A stretch of 64,000 nucleotides of DNA from a virus. The stretch is from the IMG/VR virus record IMGVR_UViG_3300032236_001081, positions 11,730 to 75,729 of that record; one strand, 5' to 3'. Of the stretch, positions 22,649-31,685 are shown piece after piece. A program made the translations under genes and the position numbers. Every line of letters begins with the position of its first letter. Positions within the stretch are counted from its first letter, which is position 1. Under the pieces are notes generated by a model. It did no database searches and had not been told where the DNA came from. It saw only the letters and a program-made list of their open reading frames with translations.

Positions 22649-22861
22649 ATGACAGAACAAGAACTTAAGAATTTAATTGGAATTTATCAACAAAAAACTA
22701 CAGATTTGATGTCGCAATGTGTGGCACTAGAAGCTCAACTTATGAATTCAAATCAAGTCATTGAATTACTTACCAATAGAGTAAATGAATTAAAAGAGGA
22801 AAATAAAATATTAAGTGCTCCAAAAACAAGAAAGACTAAAGTTAAAGAAGATTTTACTTAA
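22649..22861 (+). CDS. Small coiled-coil hypothetical protein
   Basis: 70-aa heptad-rich ORF in the usual position before gp13. Confidence 0.7.
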   Translation: MTEQELKNLIGIYQQKTTDLMSQCVALEAQLMNSNQVIELLTNRVNELKEENKILSAPKTRKTKVKEDFT

Positions 22862-22864
22862 TAA

Positions 22865-22872
22865 TATAAATA
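22865..22872 (+). promoter_or_regulatory. T4-type late promoter TATAAATA
   Basis: Exact consensus upstream of gp13. Confidence 0.8.
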
Positions 22873-22899
22873 CTAACAGGATTTCAATTAGCGACAATA

Positions 22900-23715
22900 A
22901 TGTCTAAACCAAGTTCAAGAGAAGAGTTAATTGAATACTGTCTAAGACAGTTAGGATATCCGGTCTTAGAAATTAATGTGGAGGATGATCAGTTAGATGA
23001 TAGATTGGATGATGCCTTACAATATTTCCAAGAAAGACATTTTGATGGAATTGAAAGATGTTTTTTAAAACATAAACTATTGTCTGGAGAAAGAGCAATA
23101 ATTACAAAGAGCCCAAAGTATACTACAGGAAGAGCAGATGAGGGGATAACCACTGCATTAATTGAAGAGGCGCAAAATTTTATTCCACTTCCAGATACTG
23201 TTATTGGGGTTAATAGTGTGTTCAAATCTGATTCAAATACTATTACCAGTGGAATGTTTAATGTTAAATATCAAATATTTTTAAATGACTTATATAATTA
23301 TGGGGCATTAGACCTATTAAATTATGCTATGACTAAAACATATCTAGAAGATATTAGTCGTATTATTACTCCAGATGTGCAGTTAAGATTTAATAAGAAG
23401 CAGCATAGATTATATTTAGATATTGATTGGCAAATGGTAGATATTAATTCATATATCATTTTAGATTGCTACCGAATTGTAGACCCAGAGCAATTTACAT
23501 CAATATATAATGATTACTGGATTAAAAGATACTTAACAGCTACTATTAAAAAGCAGTGGGGACAAAATTTAATCAAATTTAATGGAGTTCAACTCCCCGG
23601 TGGAATTTCATTTAATGGAAGACAAATCTTTGATGATGCAGTAAGAGAAATTGAAGAAATTGAGAAGCAATTAAGGGATGAATATGAATTGCCACCACTA
23701 GGACTAATTGGATAA
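22900..23715 (+). CDS. gp13: Neck protein gp13
   Basis: SREELIEYCLRQLGYPVLEINV; KKQWGQNLIKFNGVQLPGG. Confidence 0.93.
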   Translation: MSKPSSREELIEYCLRQLGYPVLEINVEDDQLDDRLDDALQYFQERHFDGIERCFLKHKLLSGERAIITKSPKYTTGRADEGITTALIEEAQNFIPLPDTVIGVNSVFKSDSNTITSGMFNVKYQIFLNDLYNYGALDLLNYAMTKTYLEDISRIITPDVQLRFNKKQHRLYLDIDWQMVDINSYIILDCYRIVDPEQFTSIYNDYWIKRYLTATIKKQWGQNLIKFNGVQLPGGISFNGRQIFDDAVREIEEIEKQLRDEYELPPLGLIG

Positions 23716-23724
23716 GGATATAAT

Positions 23725-25086
23725 ATGACACTTAATTCTTATTTTTTAAATGGTTCTAATTCAGAACAAAAGTTAGTTCAAGATTTAATAAATGAACAGA
23801 TAAGAATGTATGGGCAAGATGTATATTATATGCCCAGAAAATTTATAAAAGAAAATAAAGTAGTAAGAGAGGTAATTTTATCAAAATTTGATGAAAGTTT
23901 TATAATTGAAGCTTATATTTCAACTGTAGATGGATTTGGAGGACAGGGGGATATTTTAAGTAAATTTGGCGTTAGAAGCACAGATGAGATAACTTTTATT
24001 ATATCAAAGGAAAGATATCAAAGTCTTATAACTCCATTTATATTGGATGACCCTAGGGTAAAAGTAGTAGAGAGACCCCAAGAAGGAGATTTAATTTTTT
24101 TACCTTTAGATAATGCTTTGTTTGAAATTAAGTATGTAGAAGGAAAGAGACCATTCTATCAACTTAATGACCTTTACATCTATGAACTTAGATGTGAACT
24201 TTATGAATATGAGGATGAAATTATTAGCACTGGAGTAGATGCAGTTGATAAAAATATTCAAGATTTTAAATATGTAACTACAATAACTATGGTAGATAAT
24301 TCCGCATCTAGCGCAGTTTTGGGAATTGGATTGACTCAAAATAAATCAGTACAATATGTGGATATTATTAATGGTGGATATGGATATAAATCAACCCCTT
24401 CTGTTAAATTTACTAAAGCTCCTTCAGGAGGAGTAACTGCAACCGCTGTTGCAATATTACAAAATCAAGGAAATAATTCTACTGTAGACAGTATCTTAAT
24501 CACAAATCCAGGAGCAGGATATACTATTCCTCCTAATGTAAGTATAGTCTCATCATCTGGTTCAGGTTTTATAGGAACTTCAATAATTTCTAGTGGAGTA
24601 TTAGGTCCTATCAGAATAATTAATGGTGGATATAATTATCCTACACCACCAAATATATCAATTTCTACATCACCTACAGGTCAAAATGCACAAGCTATTC
24701 CAGTATTAAATACTTTAGGAATAGTAACTTCAATTAGATTTGTAAATGCGGGAGCTGGATATACTCAAACTCCAACAATACAAATAGATAGCCCAGTTGG
24801 AATTTATACTGGAAATTATCTTTATGATGAAATAGTAAAAGGTGTATCTACAGGAACTAGTGCATATGTTAAGGATTGGAATTATGATACTAGAATATTA
24901 AAAGTATCCACAATCAACGGAGATTATGAATTAGGTGAGATAGTAGTTGGAGCTGGAGCAAGCTACAGAATATTCTCTATGAATAATGATGATTTAAATA
25001 ATCCATATGCAGATAATGATACTATACAAGAACAAGCAGATATGATATTAGATTTTGATGAAAAAAATCCCTTTGGAGATTTTTAA
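23725..25086 (+). CDS. gp14: Neck protein gp14 with inserted G-x-GY..P repeats
   Basis: EQKLVQDLINEQIRMYGQDVYYMPR; RPQEGDLIFLP; ends DFDEKNPFGDF. Confidence 0.92.
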   Translation: MTLNSYFLNGSNSEQKLVQDLINEQIRMYGQDVYYMPRKFIKENKVVREVILSKFDESFIIEAYISTVDGFGGQGDILSKFGVRSTDEITFIISKERYQSLITPFILDDPRVKVVERPQEGDLIFLPLDNALFEIKYVEGKRPFYQLNDLYIYELRCELYEYEDEIISTGVDAVDKNIQDFKYVTTITMVDNSASSAVLGIGLTQNKSVQYVDIINGGYGYKSTPSVKFTKAPSGGVTATAVAILQNQGNNSTVDSILITNPGAGYTIPPNVSIVSSSGSGFIGTSIISSGVLGPIRIINGGYNYPTPPNISISTSPTGQNAQAIPVLNTLGIVTSIRFVNAGAGYTQTPTIQIDSPVGIYTGNYLYDEIVKGVSTGTSAYVKDWNYDTRILKVSTINGDYELGEIVVGAGASYRIFSMNNDDLNNPYADNDTIQEQADMILDFDEKNPFGDF

Positions 25087-25091
25087 TCTAA

Positions 25092-25098
25092 ATAAATA
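25092..25098 (+). promoter_or_regulatory. Late promoter ATAAATA
   Basis: Upstream of gp15. Confidence 0.7.
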
Positions 25099-25115
25099 TA
25101 GAACTCTAATTAAAA

Positions 25116-26168
25116 ATGTTTGAAAACTCTTCATATCATCAAATTATCCGAAAGACGATAATCTCTTTCGGAACACTTTTTAATAACATTTATATTCATC
25201 ACAGAGATGAAAATGCAGAAGATGTTAGTGTAATTAAAGTTCCCATTAGATATGGTCCTATTCAAAAATTTCTGGCAAGATTGGAAGAAAAGCCAGATTT
25301 AAGAAAAAGGCAGGCAATAACCTTACCTAGAATGTCTTACGAAATCGGAAAATTATCGTATGATAGTTCTCGTAAAACTTCAAAAATGCAAACATTTAAT
25401 GCAGTTACAACTGGAAAAACTCCAGCTAAATTGTATATGCCTGTTCCCTATAATTTGCCAATTGAATTATCTATCATTACAAAGTTTAATGATGATATGT
25501 TTGAGATTATAGAACAGATACTACCTTATTTTACTCCGGAATTAAATGTCACTATAGATTTAATTAAAGAGATTGGTGAAAAGAGAGATATTCCAATTGT
25601 ATTAAATGATGTCTCTGCGCTTCAAGATGATTATGAGGGGAATTATCAAACTCGTAGAAATTTAATATGCACTCTGAGTTTTACTGCTAAAATATATCTA
25701 TTTGGCCCAATCCCATCTGACAATAATGGAAATATAATCAAGAAAGTTCAAGTAGATTATCACACTGGAACAAATGTTAAAAACTCATCTAGGCAGTTAA
25801 GATATATTGCTACTCCTAGGGCAATTAGAGATTATAATAACGACCAGACTACTACATTGGCACAAGACATAGATGAAACTAAATTATCATTTAATGTTTC
25901 TGATGCTACTTCATTAATTCCTAATACTTATATTTCAATAGGTAATGAAGAAATGCTGATTAAGGATATCTCAGGTAATACTCTTGTGGTAGTCAGAGGA
26001 GCTGATGGAACCCTCCTTAGCACTCACGAAGAAGGTTCTGCGGTTAATGTTATAACTACAGCAGATGATGAGTTGATACCACCTACAGATGATTATGAAT
26101 TTAATGAAGAAACTTTTGATTTTGGTGATGGAAAAATTTATAGTCCTAGAAAGGGTATGGATGTATGA
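25116..26168 (+). CDS. gp15: Tail sheath stabiliser/terminator gp15 with C-terminal extension
   Basis: YHQIIRKTIISFGTLFNNI; VPIRYGPIQKFLARL; TLPRMSYE; PVPYNL; QILPYF. Confidence 0.92.
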   Translation: MFENSSYHQIIRKTIISFGTLFNNIYIHHRDENAEDVSVIKVPIRYGPIQKFLARLEEKPDLRKRQAITLPRMSYEIGKLSYDSSRKTSKMQTFNAVTTGKTPAKLYMPVPYNLPIELSIITKFNDDMFEIIEQILPYFTPELNVTIDLIKEIGEKRDIPIVLNDVSALQDDYEGNYQTRRNLICTLSFTAKIYLFGPIPSDNNGNIIKKVQVDYHTGTNVKNSSRQLRYIATPRAIRDYNNDQTTTLAQDIDETKLSFNVSDATSLIPNTYISIGNEEMLIKDISGNTLVVVRGADGTLLSTHEEGSAVNVITTADDELIPPTDDYEFNEETFDFGDGKIYSPRKGMDV

Positions 26169-26587
26169 ATAATAATTTTGATAAAATAGACGAAGTTTTA
26201 GATATCAATGCGAAAGAATTATCTAAAGAGATAATTAAAAAGGAAAAAGTAGAATTAACAAAACCAATAGAAGGAACTATTGATAATGATGAAAAGTATA
26301 CTCGTGATAATTTATATGAGTTAATGGAAATGGGGCAACACGCTGCATATGAAATGTTTGAGATAGCAAAGGAAACTCAAAAAGCAAGAGATTTTGAAGT
26401 TGTCGGTCAACTATTAAAAACAGTTGGAGATATTTCTGATAAATTACTAGATAATCAACAAAAAATGAAGAAGTTGAAGGAAGATGAGAGTAAAACAAAT
26501 ATTACTAACAATACTACAAATGCACTATTTGTCGGTTCTACTGCAGACCTTCAAAAATTCTTAAAAAATAGTATGAAAGATAAATAG
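26165..26587 (+). CDS. gp16: Terminase small subunit gp16
   Basis: YTRDNLYELME...FEVVGQLLK; NALFVGSTADLQKFLK. Confidence 0.9.
   Translation: MNNNFDKIDEVLDINAKELSKEIIKKEKVELTKPIEGTIDNDEKYTRDNLYELMEMGQHAAYEMFEIAKETQKARDFEVVGQLLKTVGDISDKLLDNQQKMKKLKEDESKTNITNNTTNALFVGSTADLQKFLKNSMKDK
26580..26586 (+). promoter_or_regulatory. Late promoter ATAAATA
   Basis: Overlaps the gp16 stop, 12 nt upstream of the 26599 ATG. Confidence 0.6.
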
Positions 26588-26598
26588 TCAAAAATGCA

Positions 26599-27156
26599 AT
26601 GAAAAGTTTTACTGAATTTATTTTAGAAGCTACTTCAATATGCAACCAATCCGGTGAGGGAAAATATTGTCCCTCTCACGGAAAGGAGAATTGCTCCAAA
26701 TTAAAATCATATAAAACAGTTGAACAGATTGCTAAAAAGCATCGTCTTGATATTTCTTTTGTAAAAAATCAACTTGAGATGGGAATTCCAATTGAGCACG
26801 AACATACTAAAGATAAAATGTTAGCAACGGAGATTGCACTTCAACATCTTGGTGAAATCCCAGATTACTATACCCGTTTGAAAAAAATGGAAGCATCAGC
26901 TAAAAAAGAACACAAAAAATTTAAAGATGTAAAAGAAGATTATACTGTAATACAATCTCGTGGTTCAACTTATACGGTTTTATTAAATTGGAGAGGTCAA
27001 CATCTTTCAGTTCAGATATTTTTCCCTAAATCATCAAGACCCACTAAAGATGAAGTCGTATTTGAGATAAGAAAAATATATCCAAATGCAATGGTCTTTT
27101 CATATGCACCATCAATTAAAGACCCAACTAAACCATTATTATTTACAGGTATATGA
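26599..27156 (+). CDS. Hypothetical protein with DUF5661-like module; candidate capsid-internal protein
   Basis: QLEMGIPIEHEHT...EIALQHLGEIPDYYTRLKKME; N-terminus MKSFTEFILEA resembles the T4 internal-protein capsid targeting sequence. Confidence 0.65.
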   Translation: MKSFTEFILEATSICNQSGEGKYCPSHGKENCSKLKSYKTVEQIAKKHRLDISFVKNQLEMGIPIEHEHTKDKMLATEIALQHLGEIPDYYTRLKKMEASAKKEHKKFKDVKEDYTVIQSRGSTYTVLLNWRGQHLSVQIFFPKSSRPTKDEVVFEIRKIYPNAMVFSYAPSIKDPTKPLLFTGI

Positions 27157-28811
27157 GCCCTTCTGAACAGTATCTAGGTAATCCCCATCTAAAGAAAGCA
27201 AATACGAGATTAGAATTCACCTCTGAACAAATTGCTGAGTATATAAAGTGCAATAAAGACCCTATATATTTTTGTAAAAATTATGTGAAGATTGTAAGTG
27301 TTGATGATGGGGTAGTTCCTTTTAAAATGAGAAAGTTTCAAGAGAAACTAGTTCAAAGATTTCATAAAAACAGATTTAATATCTGTAAAATGCCTAGACA
27401 GTGTGGCAAAACAACTACTGTTACTTCATATATCTTACATTATATACTATTCAACGATAATGTAAATATAGCTATTCTTGCAAACAAAGCGCAAACTGCT
27501 AAAGAAATTTTAGGTAAGCTTCAACTTGCTTATGAAAATCTCCCTAAATGGATGCAGCACGGGGTTAAGATATGGAATAAAGCGTCATTAGAACTAGATA
27601 ATGGTTCAAAAATAATTGCAGCCTCTACATCTGCTTCTGCTGTTCGTGGTGGTGCATACAATATTCTAGTATTAGATGAATTTGCGTTTATTCAAAATAA
27701 TATCGCAGAAGACTTTTTTAGTTCGGTATATCCTACGATTACTTCAGGTAAGAATACAAAAGTTATAATCATTTCTACCCCCAAAGGTATGAATATGTTT
27801 TATAAGATGTGGATAAATGCGGAACGAGGTAAAAATGAATATGTTCCTACAGAGGTGCATTGGTCTGAAGTCCCAGGAAGAGATGCTAAATGGAAAGAGC
27901 AGACTATTGCAAACACATCAAAGGAACAGTTTGAACAAGAATTTGAATGTAACTTCTTAGGTTCTATTGATACTTTAATTACTGCAGCAAAACTTAAAAC
28001 CTTAATATTTGATGAACCTATTACTAAAAATGCAGGATTGGATATATATGAAACTCCTAAAGAAGACCATAATTATTTAATGACTATTGATGTATCTAGA
28101 GGAACTGAAAATGATTATCACGCATTTATAATATTTGATATAACTAGTATTCCATATAAAATAGTGGGAAAATATAGAAATAATGAAATTAAACCTTTTG
28201 TATATTCAACTGTTATTGAAAAAGTTGCAAAGTCTTATAATAACGCATATTGTTTGATTGAGGTGAATGATATTGGGGAGCAAGTAGCAAAAGAGCTTCA
28301 TATGGATTTAGAGTATGATAATGTTCTGATGTGCTCTATGAGAGGTCGTGCAGGTCAAGTTGTTGGACAAGGATTCTCTGGACGAAAATCCCAATTTGGA
28401 ATAAAGATGTCTAAGCTGGTAAAAAGAGTAGGATGCTCTAATCTCAAAACTATCATAGAAGATGATAAACTGTTGATAGGAGATTATGATATTATAAGTG
28501 AGCTTACCACATTTATTAGCAAAAATAATTCATTTGAAGCAGATGACGGATATAATGATGACCTTGCGATGTGTTTGGTAATTTTTTCTTGGTTAATAGT
28601 TCAGCCATATTTTAAGGAGATAACGAATAATGATGTTCGTAAAAGAATATACGAAGAGCAGAAAGACCAGATTGAACAAGATATGACACCGTTCGGATTT
28701 ATAGTAGATGGACTAAATGAAGAAGAAAAAATTTTTATGGATGATGACGGAGATACTTGGATTACTGCTGATGCCAGGGAAGATACTTCATATATGTGGA
28801 ACTATTTGTAA
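27153..28811 (+). CDS. gp17: Terminase large subunit gp17
   Basis: YLGNPHLK; Walker A PRQCGKTT; Walker B LVLDEFAF; ISTPKG; DDLAMCL. Confidence 0.97.
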   Translation: MSPSEQYLGNPHLKKANTRLEFTSEQIAEYIKCNKDPIYFCKNYVKIVSVDDGVVPFKMRKFQEKLVQRFHKNRFNICKMPRQCGKTTTVTSYILHYILFNDNVNIAILANKAQTAKEILGKLQLAYENLPKWMQHGVKIWNKASLELDNGSKIIAASTSASAVRGGAYNILVLDEFAFIQNNIAEDFFSSVYPTITSGKNTKVIIISTPKGMNMFYKMWINAERGKNEYVPTEVHWSEVPGRDAKWKEQTIANTSKEQFEQEFECNFLGSIDTLITAAKLKTLIFDEPITKNAGLDIYETPKEDHNYLMTIDVSRGTENDYHAFIIFDITSIPYKIVGKYRNNEIKPFVYSTVIEKVAKSYNNAYCLIEVNDIGEQVAKELHMDLEYDNVLMCSMRGRAGQVVGQGFSGRKSQFGIKMSKLVKRVGCSNLKTIIEDDKLLIGDYDIISELTTFISKNNSFEADDGYNDDLAMCLVIFSWLIVQPYFKEITNNDVRKRIYEEQKDQIEQDMTPFGFIVDGLNEEEKIFMDDDGDTWITADAREDTSYMWNYL

Positions 28812-28828
28812 AGGAAAGTTTATTTTTT

Positions 28829-28850
28829 TATAAATACCAATAGATAAATA
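28829..28850 (+). promoter_or_regulatory. Tandem late promoters (TATAAATA 28829-28836; ATAAATA 28844-28850)
   Basis: Two consensus boxes upstream of gp18; SD-like GAGG before the ATG. Confidence 0.75.
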
Positions 28851-28872
28851 GACTTCTTCAAGAGGTAATCAA

Positions 28873-30996
28873 ATGGCAGTAAATTTAGTATCCCCTGGAG
28901 TTAATATAAGAGAAGTTGACTTAACTGTAGGGGGAACAATAGCAGGGAATGCCCAAGTTGCGGCATTATGTGGTCCATTCCAAAAAGGTCCAGTAAATAC
29001 TCCTGTTAGTGTTAGAACTGAGCAAGAGTTATTGAATATTTTTGGAAATCCAGTTTTGACTAATAATCAAAATGAATATTGGTTATCTGCCACTAATTAT
29101 CTTAGCTATGGTGGAGAATTAGTAGTTGTAAGATGTGACAGTTCTTCAGCTGGAACATTAATTAACTCTAATGCCGCAGTTGGTGGAGGGTCTACTAATA
29201 TACAAATTAACTCTGCAGTTGATTATAATTTAAACTCAGGTAGTTATTCTGGTTGGTATTATGCTTCAAGAAACCCAGGCTCTTGGGCAAATGGACTTAA
29301 AGTTTGCACTATTGACGCATATGCAGACCAAATTATAAGTGGCATCAATACCACTTCAGTAAATGTTGGATATGGAGTCACTGTAGGAATTAATACAACA
29401 TATGCTGGAATTGGAACTGTTGTTACTGAAACTGGGTTCTTAAAAGGTATCGTTACAGGAGTTGGTAAGTCTTCAATTGATGTAAAAATAGTTTCAAAGT
29501 ATAATAATACTACTAATGAGTATGTTACTGTTGATTACTCTGAAAATACTATCACATCTATAAAATCTGGTAATATAGTTATTAAAAATAACTCCGGTGC
29601 TGGAGTATTAACTACTTCTTCATATACTACTTCCGATTGGTATAATAATCAAATTTTAGAGCTAGATAACTCTAAAATTTATTGGAAATCTATTGCTCCA
29701 AAACCAAAAACTTCAGAATATGGTCGTGCAAGAAATTCTACTAATGATGAAATCCATATCGTAGTAGTTGATGATTCTGGAGCAATTACTGGAACTTCTG
29801 GAAATATTGTAGAAAAGTTTCCAAATTTATCTAAAGCAATTGATGGTAAGTTATCTCCTGCTCAACAAATCTACTATAAAAACTATATTGCAGAAAATTC
29901 TGCTTATCTTTTTGTAGGAGAGGGTGAACAAGGAGTTGCCACTGGATTTGATACACTATCTTCTAATGCGGAAGGAGATACTGGAAATTGGGGAACTCTA
30001 ACTCAAGGAACTACATTCTCGGCTGTTGGAAATAAATCATATTCTATGACAGGTGGAACTGATTATACAGCTGCAGTAGGAAACTATGGAGTAACTTTAA
30101 ATGATATTGTTACTGGATATAGAGTATTCTCAAATCCTGCAGAATATAGAATTGATTTCTTACTTGCAGGACCTTCCGGTGGAATTACTTCAATAGAGTG
30201 TCAATCTAAAGCAAATGAATTAATCAACATAGCAACTACAAGGAAAGATTGTATCGCAGTTATATCTGCACCAAAAGAAGCTGTATTGAATACTTCAGAT
30301 AGTAATGTTCAAACAGCAAATATTATAAATTTCTTTGCTGGAGTTACTCCAAGTAATTATGCTGTATTTGATAGCGGTCATAAGTATACTTATGATAGAT
30401 TTAATAGTCAATTCTTATACCTTCCTTGCAATCCTGATGTTGCAGGAGTAATGGCTAGAACTTCAATCGTTCAGTATCCTTGGTATTCTCCCGCAGGAGC
30501 AAACCGAGGTGTAATTAATAATGCAATTAAACTTGCATATAATCCATCTCAGAGTCAAAGAGATTTACTTTACTCTAATGCAATAAACCCAATTATTGCT
30601 TCTCCAGGTCAGGGAATTATCTTATTTGGGGATAAAACCGCGTCTAATGTTGTATCTGCATTTGATAGAATTAATGTTCGTAGACTATTCCTTACTATTG
30701 AAAATCAAATTGGAAGAGTAGCAAGAGCCCAATTATTTGAATTCAATGATGTGATTACAAGAAATAATTTTGTAAATATCGTTGAGCCATATCTCCGTGA
30801 TATTAAAGCAAAAAGAGGTATTACTGATTTTCAAATTGTTTGTGATGAAAGTAATAATACTCCAGATGTTATTGATTCAAATCAATTTAAAGCGGATATT
30901 TATATCAAACCCGCTAGGTCTATTAACTACATCAATCTTACATTTGTTGCTACAAGAACCGGAGTATCATTCTCTGAGATTGTAGGTACGGTTTAA
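28873..30996 (+). CDS. gp18: Tail sheath protein gp18
   Basis: LVSPGVNIREVDLT; WYSPAGANRG; FDRINVRRLF; YIKPARSINYINLTFVA. Confidence 0.97.
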   Translation: MAVNLVSPGVNIREVDLTVGGTIAGNAQVAALCGPFQKGPVNTPVSVRTEQELLNIFGNPVLTNNQNEYWLSATNYLSYGGELVVVRCDSSSAGTLINSNAAVGGGSTNIQINSAVDYNLNSGSYSGWYYASRNPGSWANGLKVCTIDAYADQIISGINTTSVNVGYGVTVGINTTYAGIGTVVTETGFLKGIVTGVGKSSIDVKIVSKYNNTTNEYVTVDYSENTITSIKSGNIVIKNNSGAGVLTTSSYTTSDWYNNQILELDNSKIYWKSIAPKPKTSEYGRARNSTNDEIHIVVVDDSGAITGTSGNIVEKFPNLSKAIDGKLSPAQQIYYKNYIAENSAYLFVGEGEQGVATGFDTLSSNAEGDTGNWGTLTQGTTFSAVGNKSYSMTGGTDYTAAVGNYGVTLNDIVTGYRVFSNPAEYRIDFLLAGPSGGITSIECQSKANELINIATTRKDCIAVISAPKEAVLNTSDSNVQTANIINFFAGVTPSNYAVFDSGHKYTYDRFNSQFLYLPCNPDVAGVMARTSIVQYPWYSPAGANRGVINNAIKLAYNPSQSQRDLLYSNAINPIIASPGQGIILFGDKTASNVVSAFDRINVRRLFLTIENQIGRVARAQLFEFNDVITRNNFVNIVEPYLRDIKAKRGITDFQIVCDESNNTPDVIDSNQFKADIYIKPARSINYINLTFVATRTGVSFSEIVGTV

Positions 30997-31030
30997 TCTA
31001 ATCTAATTTAATTCAAAAGGAGGATTCAAA

Positions 31031-31654
31031 ATGGCTCAAATAGGTGGATACAATTCAAGAACTATTACTGACTTTAAATCTAGATTAGTGGGAGGCGGGT
31101 CAAGAGCTAACCTTTTTGAAGTAGAATTATATTTTCCTGCGGGATTGAATATAGTTACTAACGAAGTATTTAGATTTATGGTTAAAGGTGCAGAACTCCC
31201 AGGGTCAACTGTAAGTGCTATTAGCATTCCATTTAGAGGAAGACAGCTAAAAGTTTCTGGAGATAGAACTTTTGCTCCTTGGACGATTACAGTCATCAAT
31301 GATACTAATTTTACACTAAGAAATTCATTTGAAAAGTGGATGAATTTTATGAACCGTAATGATGACAATGCAGGGGTTATCACTCCCACTCAATATCAAA
31401 CAAATATGTTAGTTCACCAATTAGGTAGAGGATTGCAAAATGCCAATACTCTTCCTGGAACTGGAGACCAAATTCCTATTCATAAGAGTTATAAATTTTA
31501 TGGAGCATTTCCTACAGATATTACTCCTATCGCATTATCTTATGATTCCGTTGATACAGTTGAAGAATTCTCAGTGACATTTGAGTATCAGTGGTGGGAT
31601 ACTTATGAAGCAGGGTCGGATGCAAGTATGCTTGGTACTGGCGAGACTGCATAA
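31031..31654 (+). CDS. gp19: Tail tube protein gp19
   Basis: GGSRANLFEV; FRGRQLKVSGDRTFAPWTITVIND; EEFSVTFEYQWW. Confidence 0.96.
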   Translation: MAQIGGYNSRTITDFKSRLVGGGSRANLFEVELYFPAGLNIVTNEVFRFMVKGAELPGSTVSAISIPFRGRQLKVSGDRTFAPWTITVINDTNFTLRNSFEKWMNFMNRNDDNAGVITPTQYQTNMLVHQLGRGLQNANTLPGTGDQIPIHKSYKFYGAFPTDITPIALSYDSVDTVEEFSVTFEYQWWDTYEAGSDASMLGTGETA

Positions 31655-31657
31655 ATA
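31651..31657 (+). promoter_or_regulatory. Late promoter ATAAATA
   Basis: Overlaps the gp19 stop, upstream of gp20. Confidence 0.7.
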
Positions 31658-31685
31658 ATGCTATAGTTGAATTTTATTATAACTA

